Assembly (NCBI GenBank): GCA_963832165.1
Contig: CAWHTE010000003.1
Location: forward strand, 576,001 to 640,000
Reading direction: 5' to 3'
DNA length: 64,000 bases
From: an uncultured delta proteobacterium
Lineage (GTDB): Bacteria; Myxococcota_A; UBA9160; SMWR01
Part shown: piece by piece, positions 50,888-59,302 of the stretch
How the letters are laid out: each line of letters opens with the position of its first letter
Position numbering within the stretch: the stretch's first letter is position 1
Position numbers and translations under genes: made by a program
The notes under the pieces: model-generated
Seen by the model: only the letters and a program-made list of their open reading frames with translations
Database searches by the model: none
Told to the model about the DNA's origin: nothing

Positions 50888-51219
50888 AGGTCATCGTGCA
50901 ACGCCGCGATTTCACCGCGAGCGCCGAAGCCATCGACGGCGAGCACGGCTGCTTTCTGATTCGCGTCGAGCCTCAAGGCGGGCTTCCTGGCGAGATCATT
51001 TTCGACCCGGTGCTCACGGCGCTCCGCCCGTCATTCGGGAGCAGCGGCCTGTTGATCACGGGCCGCGGCTCCCGTGGTGACCTCGGATCAATCCTGGTCG
51101 ATGAGGAGCACGCCGGTTTTTTGATGAGAGCAATCTTCGACTTCACCGTGAGCCTCGCGGAAGAGGAGTTCAAAGCCGCGGAGGCCGAAGTTGAGGAGCG
51201 ACTTGCGGCGGCGCGATAA
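50884..51219 (+). CDS. Hypothetical protein
   Basis: 111-aa ORF coupled within the operon. Confidence 0.55.
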   Translation: MKVIVQRRDFTASAEAIDGEHGCFLIRVEPQGGLPGEIIFDPVLTALRPSFGSSGLLITGRGSRGDLGSILVDEEHAGFLMRAIFDFTVSLAEEEFKAAEAEVEERLAAAR

Positions 51220-51307
51220 CGCAAGTCGGCCGAGCGCAGTGCTCGGTGGCTGGCGCGACCCAATCTCCGCGCTGGCCCGCCGCCTCCACCTAACGAAAGG
51301 AGCTCCC

Positions 51308-51511
51308 GTGGACTTAGCATCACTAAGCAGGTTGATGGATCGGTATTTGAGCGAGGCGTCCGGCGTGCCCGCCGAGAACAGGGAGAATCATCTCCGTGGG
51401 CTCGCCGCGGCCCGCGCGCTGAGCAACGCGCTCGCAAAGGCCGTCCCGGCGTTTGCCGCTCCCGGCCCGCGCGAACGGCTCGCTCGGCTGCTCGAGGAGG
51501 AGCGACGATGA
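51308..51511 (+). CDS. Small hypothetical protein A
   Basis: GTG after AAAGGAG; ATGA coupling to protein B. Confidence 0.55.
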   Translation: MDLASLSRLMDRYLSEASGVPAENRENHLRGLAAARALSNALAKAVPAFAAPGPRERLARLLEEERR

Positions 51512-51693
51512 CGGACGCCGAGATCCGCGAGCTCGTCGCAATGGCCGTTGAGCTTGTACTGCTCGACCGGAAGCGCGCGACAGATCGCGACCCCGTCAGC
51601 TTGTGGGAGATTTTCGAAAACCATCCGCGCGCGCTCGCTATGGCAGAGAAGCGACTCGAGTGCGCGCTCGCGAACACAAAGGAGTCTCGGTGA
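51508..51693 (+). CDS. Small hypothetical protein B (copy 1)
   Basis: MTDAEIRELVAMAVELV...; GAGGAG RBS. Confidence 0.55.
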   Translation: MTDAEIRELVAMAVELVLLDRKRATDRDPVSLWEIFENHPRALAMAEKRLECALANTKESR

Positions 51694-51920
51694 TGGAACG
51701 TCAACGAATCGCGCGCCTCGAGCGCGCCGACGTAAGCAGGTTGATGGATCGGTATTTGAGCGAGGCGTCCGGCGTGCCCGCCGAGAACAGGGAGAATCAT
51801 CTCCGTGGGCTCGCCGCGGCCCGCGCGCTGAGCAACGCGCTCGCAAAGGCCGTCCCGGCGTTTGCCGCTCCCGGCCCGCGCGAACGGCTCGCTCGGCTGC
51901 TCGAGGAGGAGCGACGATGA
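51693..51920 (+). CDS. Chimeric ORF: protease N-terminus fused to protein A, created by the duplication
   Basis: MERQRIARLERAD joined in frame to VSRLMDRYLSEASG... Confidence 0.45.
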   Translation: MERQRIARLERADVSRLMDRYLSEASGVPAENRENHLRGLAAARALSNALAKAVPAFAAPGPRERLARLLEEERR

Positions 51921-52102
51921 CGGACGCCGAGATCCGCGAGCTCGTCGCAATGGCCGTTGAGCTTGTACTGCTCGACCGGAAGCGCGCGACAGATCGCGAC
52001 CCCGTCAGCTTGTGGGAGATTTTCGAAAACCATCCGCGCGCGCTCGCTATGGCAGAGAAGCGACTCGAGTGCGCGCTCGCGAACACAAAGGAGTCTCGGT
52101 GA
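51917..52102 (+). CDS. Small hypothetical protein B (copy 2)
   Basis: Identical to 51508-51693. Confidence 0.5.
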   Translation: MTDAEIRELVAMAVELVLLDRKRATDRDPVSLWEIFENHPRALAMAEKRLECALANTKESR

Positions 52103-52974
52103 TGGAACGTCAACGAATCGCGCGCCTCGAGCGCGCCGACGCGGGGACGCTGGATCCCGCAACGGGTGTGTTCCCTTTAATCTTGGCAACTTCGGGTGAG
52201 GCGTCAGACGGGGACCTGTTGAGCATCGAGGGCGCGCAGTTTCGCGAAAAGGTGCCGCTGCAGATCAGCCATATTAACGATCCGCTGAGCACGGCGGGCT
52301 CGATCTCTGGCTTTCGACGTGATCTCCGCTCGACGCCGAAACGGCTGCTCGCCTGGGGGCAGATCGAGCTCGACGGCGAGGGCGAGCAGGCAGAGATTCG
52401 CCGCGATCTGGCGCACATGATCGGGGCGGGGCACGTGACCGGGATCAGCGTGCGCTGGGAGCCGATCTCGTGGCAGCGCCGCGCCGATCTTCCGCGCGAA
52501 CACCCCGCGCATGTGCCAGCGAGCGAGCGGAACCCGCGGCGGCGCATGGGCGTGTATCACGAACGCTGGAACGTGCTCGAGGGCAGCATCGTGGCGGTGG
52601 GCGCAGACAAAGCGGCCGTGGTCGGTCGCGCCGAGGAAACCGAGGGGCCGGTGTCGCAGTTCTGGCGCTCGATGGCCGTTGCGCCGCCCGATCTCTCCGA
52701 CCTCGATCAGGTGGCGCAACTTGGGCCGCCTGATCTCTCCGAGCTCGAGACATCCGCGGCCGATCTCGATGCTCCGTCGGCGCCCGATCAGATGCGGCAA
52801 TTTGTCGAACGGCTCAGGGACTCGAGGGCCTCCATGCAGGAGGATTTCCGCCTCTTCTTGCGCTGGCACTCGGGGGAAGTTTTATTCGGCGAAGATCGCG
52901 AGCGCGCACTGCGCCTCCGCGACGAAATCGAGGCGATCAAACGCGCACGAGCGCGAGCAGCGCGGGGACTGTGA
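52102..52974 (+). CDS. HK97-like prohead (capsid maturation) protease with acidic/helical C-terminal extension
   Basis: PLQISH (His), GISVRW (Ser), LEGSIVAVGAD; AAGGAG RBS. Confidence 0.7.
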   Translation: MERQRIARLERADAGTLDPATGVFPLILATSGEASDGDLLSIEGAQFREKVPLQISHINDPLSTAGSISGFRRDLRSTPKRLLAWGQIELDGEGEQAEIRRDLAHMIGAGHVTGISVRWEPISWQRRADLPREHPAHVPASERNPRRRMGVYHERWNVLEGSIVAVGADKAAVVGRAEETEGPVSQFWRSMAVAPPDLSDLDQVAQLGPPDLSELETSAADLDAPSAPDQMRQFVERLRDSRASMQEDFRLFLRWHSGEVLFGEDRERALRLRDEIEAIKRARARAARGL

Positions 52975-54446
52975 GGCTCGACGAGGCGCTCGACGACCCC
53001 AAGCTATTCGCATCCGCGTTTACGGGCTCGTCCTGGGCTGCATGGCGCACCATCTTGCGCGCTACGTATGCACTGCCACCGCGACCCGGCGACCTCGAGC
53101 GGTTTCAGGCACTCACGCAGCGCAAGGCGTGGCCGACCTCGCCGTTTCGGGAGTGTTGGATCGTTGCGGGCCGACGCGGCGGGAAGTCTCGCATTAGTGC
53201 GTTGATCGCCTGCTACACCGCGGCGTTCTACGATCACGATAAGCACCTGGCTCCCGGCGAGCGCGCCGTCGTCGCGATCGTTGCCGCCGATCGCGCGCAG
53301 GCGGGGGTCGTCTTCCGCTATGTGCGCGCACTGTTCGAGGGATCGGCGCTGTTGCGCCAGCTCGTGCAAAACGAGACCCGCGAGCGCATCGAGCTCACGA
53401 ACGGCTGCGATATCGAAGTGGCGACGTGCTCCTATCGCACCACTCGCGGGCGCACTTTTTCCGCCGTCATTGCCGACGAATGTGCATTTTGGCGCGACGA
53501 GACGACCGCAAACCCTGACGCCGCTGTAATCGCCGCATTGCGCCCTGGGTTGGTGACTCTGCCCAATTCATTGTTGATTGGTGTTAGTTCTCCGCACGCG
53601 CGCCGCGGTCTGTTGTGGGACATGCACAAAGCGCACTTCGGGATGGACGGCAGCGACGTGCTCGTGGTTCAGGCCGCTACGAGATCGCTTAATCCCGACG
53701 TGCCACAGAGCATTATCGACCGCGCGATGGAGATGGACCCGTCCGCAGCGTCCGCGGAGTTCTACGGACTTTTCCGCTCGGATATCGAGGCGTTCTTGAC
53801 GCGCGAAACGGTCGAGGCCGTTACCGTGCCCGATCGTCACGAACTCCCGCCCATCGAGGGCGTCCGCTATGTCGCGTTCGTCGATCCGAGTGGAGGATCG
53901 AGCGACTCGATGTGTATGGCCGTCTGCCACGAAGAGAGGCGCGACGGCGCGCGCTTCGCCGTGCTCGACTGCGTGCGCGAGGTGCGGCCTCCGTTCTCGC
54001 CGTCGCAGGTGGTCGCCGACTTCGCCACCGAGATGCGTCGCTACCGGATCAGCGAATGCACTGGCGACCGCTGGGGCGCGGAATTCGTGGCCGAAGCCTT
54101 CCGTAAGGTCGGGATCAACTACAAGCCCGCCGAGAGGCCGAAGTCCGAGCTGTACCGCGAGCTGCTTGGGCCGATCAACAGCGGCACGGTCGAGCTGCTC
54201 GATCACCCGAAGCTCCACGCGCAGCTCGTCGGGCTCGAGCGCCGCGTGGCTCGAGGCGGACGGGAAAGCATCGACCACGGACCCGGCGCGCACGACGACC
54301 TCTCGAACGTCGCGGCCGGAGTCGTCCACCTCGCGCTCGGGCGCCGCCGTGGGCTAACCGCTGAAATGCTCTACGGCGCGGACACCTCGATCAACGACGA
54401 CGACGAACCGGCGCGCGAAATGCCGCGCGGGATCTGGAGGGGTTAA
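52971..54446 (+). CDS. terL: Phage terminase large subunit
   Basis: Walker A AGRRGGKS, Walker B VIADE, SSP coupling motif, nuclease FVDPSGG..D and HDD. Confidence 0.88.
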   Translation: MRLDEALDDPKLFASAFTGSSWAAWRTILRATYALPPRPGDLERFQALTQRKAWPTSPFRECWIVAGRRGGKSRISALIACYTAAFYDHDKHLAPGERAVVAIVAADRAQAGVVFRYVRALFEGSALLRQLVQNETRERIELTNGCDIEVATCSYRTTRGRTFSAVIADECAFWRDETTANPDAAVIAALRPGLVTLPNSLLIGVSSPHARRGLLWDMHKAHFGMDGSDVLVVQAATRSLNPDVPQSIIDRAMEMDPSAASAEFYGLFRSDIEAFLTRETVEAVTVPDRHELPPIEGVRYVAFVDPSGGSSDSMCMAVCHEERRDGARFAVLDCVREVRPPFSPSQVVADFATEMRRYRISECTGDRWGAEFVAEAFRKVGINYKPAERPKSELYRELLGPINSGTVELLDHPKLHAQLVGLERRVARGGRESIDHGPGAHDDLSNVAAGVVHLALGRRRGLTAEMLYGADTSINDDDEPAREMPRGIWRG

Positions 54447-55090
54447 TGCTGTCGCTGCGCAAAATCACCCACCACGAAGCCGGTCACGCGCTCGTGATGC
54501 ACTACAAACCCGCGGCCGGTAGAACGATCCGAGTCACGATCGACGCGAAACGGTTGGCAAGGTACAACGCGGGTCGCAAAGTCGAAGATGCGGCTCTGGG
54601 GCTTCACGAACGCCGGCTGCCGATCTATCGGCCGATCCGCGGGAGCTGCGTCAACGCCGAGGCGCTCGAAGCGGAACTAGCGTATGGGCTGGGCGGCATC
54701 GCGGCCGAGCTCCGACTTCGCAACCGCGGGCCGCTGTACTTCCGCGACCTCGAGACCTGGCCGGTGCGCTTTCTGAACGGAGTGATGGGGGATCTCGACG
54801 GGGCGCGCGGGTTGACCGGAGAGGTGCTCGAGATCAGAGAGGGGAGTGCCCGATCCGCAATGCACGCGCGCGTTGCGGGTGGTGCCGAGCGCGAGGTGGC
54901 TGCGAGAGAGATCGTTCTGGCACGGTGGGCTATGTCCACCGAGATGATCGACGCCGCGCTGACCGAGGCTTTCGAGATCGTCTCTACCCACTGGGCAGCG
55001 TGCCACGCCCTCGCGCGGGCGCTGCTGAAACGTCTGACGCTCGACGGCGACGAGGTGCGCGAGATCATCGAGGCAAACGCCCCCGGCTGA
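54446..55090 (+). CDS. Stand-alone peptidase M41 (FtsH protease domain)-like zinc metalloprotease
   Basis: HHEAGHAL, LGGIAAE, GDL..A, ALARALLKRLTLDGDEV. Confidence 0.75.
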   Translation: MLSLRKITHHEAGHALVMHYKPAAGRTIRVTIDAKRLARYNAGRKVEDAALGLHERRLPIYRPIRGSCVNAEALEAELAYGLGGIAAELRLRNRGPLYFRDLETWPVRFLNGVMGDLDGARGLTGEVLEIREGSARSAMHARVAGGAEREVAAREIVLARWAMSTEMIDAALTEAFEIVSTHWAACHALARALLKRLTLDGDEVREIIEANAPG

Positions 55091-55192
55091 TACGATCCAG
55101 CGAGGAAAAGCCTTGGAATCCCGCAGCTATTGATTACGGCTTGGTGAAATCAAAGAAAGGGGCGATACTTGACGCCGCGAGGTGGACCGCGA

Positions 55193-55360
55193 ATGGGTGC
55201 AGGCCGCAAGCCGAAAGCGAAAGCGGAGAAGCAGTCCGAGTCTGTGACTGCGACGCTGACGCCGGCCGAGATGCGGCAGCTCAAGGCCAAGGCAGGCCGG
55301 GAGCCGCTCGGTTCGTGGGTGCGGCGGCTGATCCTTCGATCACTGCGGCGCCTGAAATAA
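55193..55360 (+). CDS. Small ribbon-helix-helix-like DNA-binding protein
   Basis: GRKPK...SVTATLTPAEMRQLKAKAG..PLGSWVRRLIL. Confidence 0.55.
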   Translation: MGAGRKPKAKAEKQSESVTATLTPAEMRQLKAKAGREPLGSWVRRLILRSLRRLK

Positions 55361-55383
55361 CACCTCCCTACATGGAGGACCGA

Positions 55384-55797
55384 ATGGGATCGTCTCTTCA
55401 CCTACTACCGGCACCCGCTGCGGATGCCAGCAAACACGATCTGGGCGAGTGGCTCGAGCTTATCGGCATCGGGACCGTGCTCCTGGCGCGCATGCACATC
55501 GAGGCGGCGTGCGAGGAGCGCAACGAACACGCGCGAGACGTGGCGGCTTGGCTGGTAGACGATCTCGGCACGATCGTGGCCGCGCTCGGCAAGTTCATCG
55601 CAGGCGGGAAGCTCGAGCTGGGCGAGGAGGAGTACGGGCCGGACGCGTTCAATCGCATCACCGACGCGGCGCGCGCGCTGGGTAGGCCACTGACAGACGG
55701 CACCTCCCACTACTTCGACTTCGCGGTCGAGGCCGTCTCCGAGCGGCTGGTCCGCGAGATCAGGAATGTCGAGCAGGCCGCGGAGGCGCGCGCGTGA
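55384..55797 (+). CDS. Hypothetical protein
   Basis: ATG after GGAGG; GTGA coupling to the integrase gene. Confidence 0.55.
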   Translation: MGSSLHLLPAPAADASKHDLGEWLELIGIGTVLLARMHIEAACEERNEHARDVAAWLVDDLGTIVAALGKFIAGGKLELGEEEYGPDAFNRITDAARALGRPLTDGTSHYFDFAVEAVSERLVREIRNVEQAAEARA

Positions 55798-57038
55798 AAC
55801 GAAAACCGAAGGGACTCCGGTATCGAAACCTCTACGCGCGAGGCGGCTCGATTGTCTACGAGCGCATCCTCAAGGGGCGACGGATCAAGCGCAGCCTCGG
55901 CGTGGATGACTGGGCGGAGGCGGCGGCGGTTCGCGACGCGCTCGAGGCGAAGATCGGCGTGGCAACCCTGCCGATCTCGCAGATGCCCACGTTCTCCGAG
56001 ATGGCGACGAAGTACACCGAGGAAGACACGGGGCACCTCGCCGCGACGACGCGCACGGATCGGCGACTGCACCTGGTGGTGGACGGCACCGTGATGCGGC
56101 ATCTCGCCGCATGGCGTCTGGACGCCATCACCTCGGCCACGCTCCGCGAGTGGTGGAATGCCGAGATCCAGAGCACGGAGCGAACGAACGCAACGGGAGC
56201 CCGCTACCTCGCGAGCATCGCGGGCGTATTCAACTACGCCGTGGAACTGGGCTACATCACGGAGAGCCCGGTAGACGCGCTCCGTCGCAGCCTCTCACGG
56301 CGCGAGCGGTCAAAGCAGGGCAGGGCGAGTACCGGATCGAAGGCAAACCCGATCGAGGATCGGGATGCGCTGGCACGATTGGTGACGGAAGCGCGTGCCC
56401 AGGGGCCGGTCGAGTACGTCATCACGTTGGCGATGCTCGACGCTGGCCTGCGCCGTGGTGAAGCGGTCGCACTGAAGTGGCGATCGGTCGCGTGGGGCGT
56501 GTCTGCCGATGATCCGCGTCGGCATCTCTTTGTCTCGGCCACGCGGTCTAGAGATGAAGAAGAAGACGCACCGAAATCGGGTCGGACCCGCCGCGTGCAG
56601 CTCTCGCGGCGCCTGCGTGCCGCACTGGAGGAACTGTTCGAGAAGCGCCGGCCGAAGACGCTCGACGATCGGCTCTGCGGCGACATGAATGGCGAGCAGT
56701 TTCTCAAGGGCCCGTGGCAGCAGATCATCGCCCGCGCCGATCTCCCCGGCCGCGTTCCGAAGGATCTGCGCGACTCGTTCGGCTCGTGGCTCGTGAGTTG
56801 CGCGGTTCCACTGCTCTACGTCTCGCGCCAGCTCGGGCACTCGTCGATCGCCGTTACCGAGAAGCACTACGCAAAGTGGATACCGGGGGGCGGCGACCTC
56901 TACGTTCACCCGCCGATGCTCGATCCCGGCGACGTACCCGCGGATCTGCTGACGCGGCTACCCGAGTCCCACCAGAGTCCCCTCATCGGCGACCCCTTCG
57001 AGCTTCCCGAGTCGCTCAAGTCACCGGATTTGCACTAG
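55794..57038 (+). CDS. int: Tyrosine recombinase / phage integrase
   Basis: N-terminal arm-binding-like region, AGLRRGE (R), PKS (K), KDLR, LGHS, HY (Y); ends 11 nt before the tRNA. Confidence 0.93.
   Translation: MKRKPKGLRYRNLYARGGSIVYERILKGRRIKRSLGVDDWAEAAAVRDALEAKIGVATLPISQMPTFSEMATKYTEEDTGHLAATTRTDRRLHLVVDGTVMRHLAAWRLDAITSATLREWWNAEIQSTERTNATGARYLASIAGVFNYAVELGYITESPVDALRRSLSRRERSKQGRASTGSKANPIEDRDALARLVTEARAQGPVEYVITLAMLDAGLRRGEAVALKWRSVAWGVSADDPRRHLFVSATRSRDEEEDAPKSGRTRRVQLSRRLRAALEELFEKRRPKTLDDRLCGDMNGEQFLKGPWQQIIARADLPGRVPKDLRDSFGSWLVSCAVPLLYVSRQLGHSSIAVTEKHYAKWIPGGGDLYVHPPMLDPGDVPADLLTRLPESHQSPLIGDPFELPESLKSPDLH
56965..56986 (+). repeat. Putative integrase arm-type site (right, inside the int 3' end)
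   Basis: AGTCCCACCAGAGTCCCCTCAT; direct repeat of 46500-46521. Confidence 0.7.
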
Positions 57039-57049
57039 AGTCCCGAGTC

Positions 57050-57125
57050 GGGCCGTTAGCTCAGTTGGTAGAGCACCGGACTTTTAATCCGAGGGTCCAG
57101 GGTTCGAGTCCCTGACGGCCCACCA
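57050..57125 (+). tRNA. tRNA-Lys (anticodon TTT); its 5' half forms attR
   Basis: 76 nt; acceptor stem GGGCCGT/ACGGCCC, D loop AGTTGGTA, anticodon loop CTTTTAA, GGTTCGAGTCC, encoded CCA. Confidence 0.97.
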
Positions 57126-57488
57126 GTAATCATCGCTCCAGCTAGGTGCGATTCTGCGGTAGTACCAAGCATCATCGAGAACGACGTTCATGTCGGTGAA
57201 CAGCCGTCTCCTGCGGACAAAACCCGCACGAGTCAGCGGGTGACCTCGAGCTTCCGGCCGCCCCGTCACTGAGGTAGAACGCGCCCCGCGTCGACGTCTC
57301 GATCAGGTCCGAACGGCTGCGAGGAAGCAGCGATCTCAGCGAATTAGGCGACCTTCTGCCGTCCGGCGAATCCGGTGGGCCGAGTTCACTGTCACTTGCG
57401 CCGGCCCGCCGGCCCGACGATTGTGTTTGACACGCGCCTTGTCCGCTCCGTAAAAACGGGCGTGTCTCGTCTTAGATCGGAGAACCAA

Positions 57489-58031
57489 ATGGGCAAGATA
57501 ACGGCTGCTGTCGTCGTCTTGGTGCTCGGCGCAATTGCATTCGTCGGCGCAGGACCAGCGAAACAAACGCTGAACGTGATCGAAGATCCAGCAGGCGGCG
57601 TGAACGAGGCGTATCTGAGCTTCGATACCACCGGTACGGTTCGCCACAATCCTCTTACGGGAGCGTATACCGTCAAGCTCGGAGACTCGTTCCCGTTCAG
57701 CAATCCGCTGAGCGGCGATGGTACGGACTCGAGCAGTCGAGACAGTGGCATTTGCTTCGTGACGAGAGTGAACGCCCCCGTTCTTCCGGGCGCCACGGTG
57801 CCAGCAGGCGTGACCGCCGAGACCGTGTACGACTGCACGTGGACGAATCATCTGGCCGATGGATCGATCATGGTCTCAGGGCCATTTCGTGATTTCTCCG
57901 AGACGGAGCTGGCAATCACGGGTGGGACCCGGAAGTACAGCAAGGCACGCGGCTCTTTGAAGGTGAGGCCGGTCGACGTCGAGGCCGATTTCGTCGACTT
58001 CACTTATCACTACGACTTCTTGATCGACTAG
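57489..58031 (+). CDS. Secreted dirigent/allene-oxide-cyclase-like beta-barrel protein
   Basis: Signal peptide; GDSFPFSNPL, GSIMVSG, LAITGGTRKYSKARG. Confidence 0.65.
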   Translation: MGKITAAVVVLVLGAIAFVGAGPAKQTLNVIEDPAGGVNEAYLSFDTTGTVRHNPLTGAYTVKLGDSFPFSNPLSGDGTDSSSRDSGICFVTRVNAPVLPGATVPAGVTAETVYDCTWTNHLADGSIMVSGPFRDFSETELAITGGTRKYSKARGSLKVRPVDVEADFVDFTYHYDFLID

Positions 58032-58045
58032 CGCGATCGCCTGCG

Positions 58046-58450
58046 TCACTTCAGGATGGCGATGGCTTCCATCTCCACGAGCAACCCATCCACGGCGAGC
58101 GAGGTGACGCCGACCATGGTCGAGGCGGGAAAGGCGCCTCCCTCGGGAAAGAGCTCCGCGCGCGCCTCGCGCATCGCCGAATAATCAGATTGCTTGTAGT
58201 CGACGATGTACGTGTTCGTCTTGACGATGTCGGCTGGTGTCGCGTTCACTGCAGAGAGCGCCGCCTTCAGATTCCTGGCCGCCTGTCGAATCTGCGTTTT
58301 GAGATCGCCGGCGCCGATCAGATTCCCGGACTGATCGATCGCGACCTGCCCCGATACGAATACGATCTTCGACGCGCCTTCGACGACGAGCACCTGTGTG
58401 AAGCCGGGCGGCTCGAGCAGCGTGGGCGGATTGACGTAGTCCTTCTTCAT
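58046..58450 (-). CDS. RidA/YjgF family protein
   Basis: VFVSGQ, PASTMVGVTSL, LVEMEAIA. Confidence 0.9.
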   Translation of the reverse strand: MKKDYVNPPTLLEPPGFTQVLVVEGASKIVFVSGQVAIDQSGNLIGAGDLKTQIRQAARNLKAALSAVNATPADIVKTNTYIVDYKQSDYSAMREARAELFPEGGAFPASTMVGVTSLAVDGLLVEMEAIAILK

Positions 58451-58521
58451 CGTTTCCTCCGTTCATCCTTACGAACGCTCCCCGAACGTTAGGCGGAACG
58501 TCTCGCGCGAGGCTCCATCCC

Positions 58522-59208
58522 CTAGCCCTCGCCGCGCTCCGCGCGCGCGGCGGCGAGCGCCGCAAACTTGCCGCTGTCGACCGCGATGAACAGCCCCGAG
58601 GCCTCGACGATCACGTCGTCGCCGCAGAGGAGCTCGCCTGCGGTTCGGATCCGCCGGCCTTCGGTTGAAACGAGCCGCGCCTCGAGGCGCAGGGGCGTCT
58701 CCACCGGCGTGTGACGCCGGTATCGTGTCACGAGCTCTACGGTCATCCCGGTCGAGCCGCTGAAGATCGTCGCCATGCCGAGCGCCTCGTCGAGAAGCGC
58801 CGCCACGAATCCGCCGTGCACGATGCCGGGCGCTCCCTCGAACGCCGCGCCGAAGCTCACCTCTCCTGTCACGCGCCGAGCTGCCATGTCGCGGCGCAGC
58901 ACGGCGGGCGGGGCGAGCGGGTTCGCCTGCCCGGTGATCGGGCTGCGGTCGAGGAAGTCCTCCATCCCCGGGAGGAACGATGTGCCATCGACCGCGCCAC
59001 CCTTCGCGCGCGCGGTGCGGTCGAGCCGCTCTTGCCCCTCGCGAATTCGCGCGGCGACGGCGCGGATCTCGTCCGGAGTCGCGCCGCTCCTGCCGAGGGA
59101 GTGGTGCAGTTGCCGCAGCACATCCGCCAGCTCGCGTTTCGCGAGGTCGGTCGCCGTCGGCTCGGATAGCCAGGTGCCGGCAAGCGGCGTCGCATCCGGA
59201 TCGGGCAA
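58522..59208 (-). CDS. PaaI family (hotdog) thioesterase
   Basis: FEGAPGIVHGGFVAALLDE; TTG start after GAGGAG. Confidence 0.85.
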   Translation of the reverse strand: MPDPDATPLAGTWLSEPTATDLAKRELADVLRQLHHSLGRSGATPDEIRAVAARIREGQERLDRTARAKGGAVDGTSFLPGMEDFLDRSPITGQANPLAPPAVLRRDMAARRVTGEVSFGAAFEGAPGIVHGGFVAALLDEALGMATIFSGSTGMTVELVTRYRRHTPVETPLRLEARLVSTEGRRIRTAGELLCGDDVIVEASGLFIAVDSGKFAALAAARAERGEG

Positions 59209-59302
59209 GACGTCTCCTCGTCCCGACCGCCGGGTCGAGCGAGAGCAGTGTACCGCGCGCGATGGCGAGCCCGGCGAGCTAAGCGCAGAATCTCGAGACC
59301 GC

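Larger units (their letters stand above)
51324..52141 (+). repeat. Tandem duplication, 2 x 409 bp
   Basis: 51324-51732 equals 51733-52141, identical by eye. Confidence 0.95.
46357..57088. mobile_element. Integrated phage-satellite/PICI-like element (~10.7 kb) in tRNA-Lys
   Basis: 50-bp att direct repeats; tyrosine integrase; Prim-Pol, helicase, TerL and prohead protease genes. Confidence 0.9.

Noticed and set aside
46357..57088. Complete prophage, or an ICE/plasmid
   Set aside because: Too small; no capsid, portal, tail or lysis genes, and no relaxase or T4SS genes
57126..57488. Second island or gene remnant downstream of the tRNA
   Set aside because: No 3' tRNA duplicate or mobility gene found in the rest of the window
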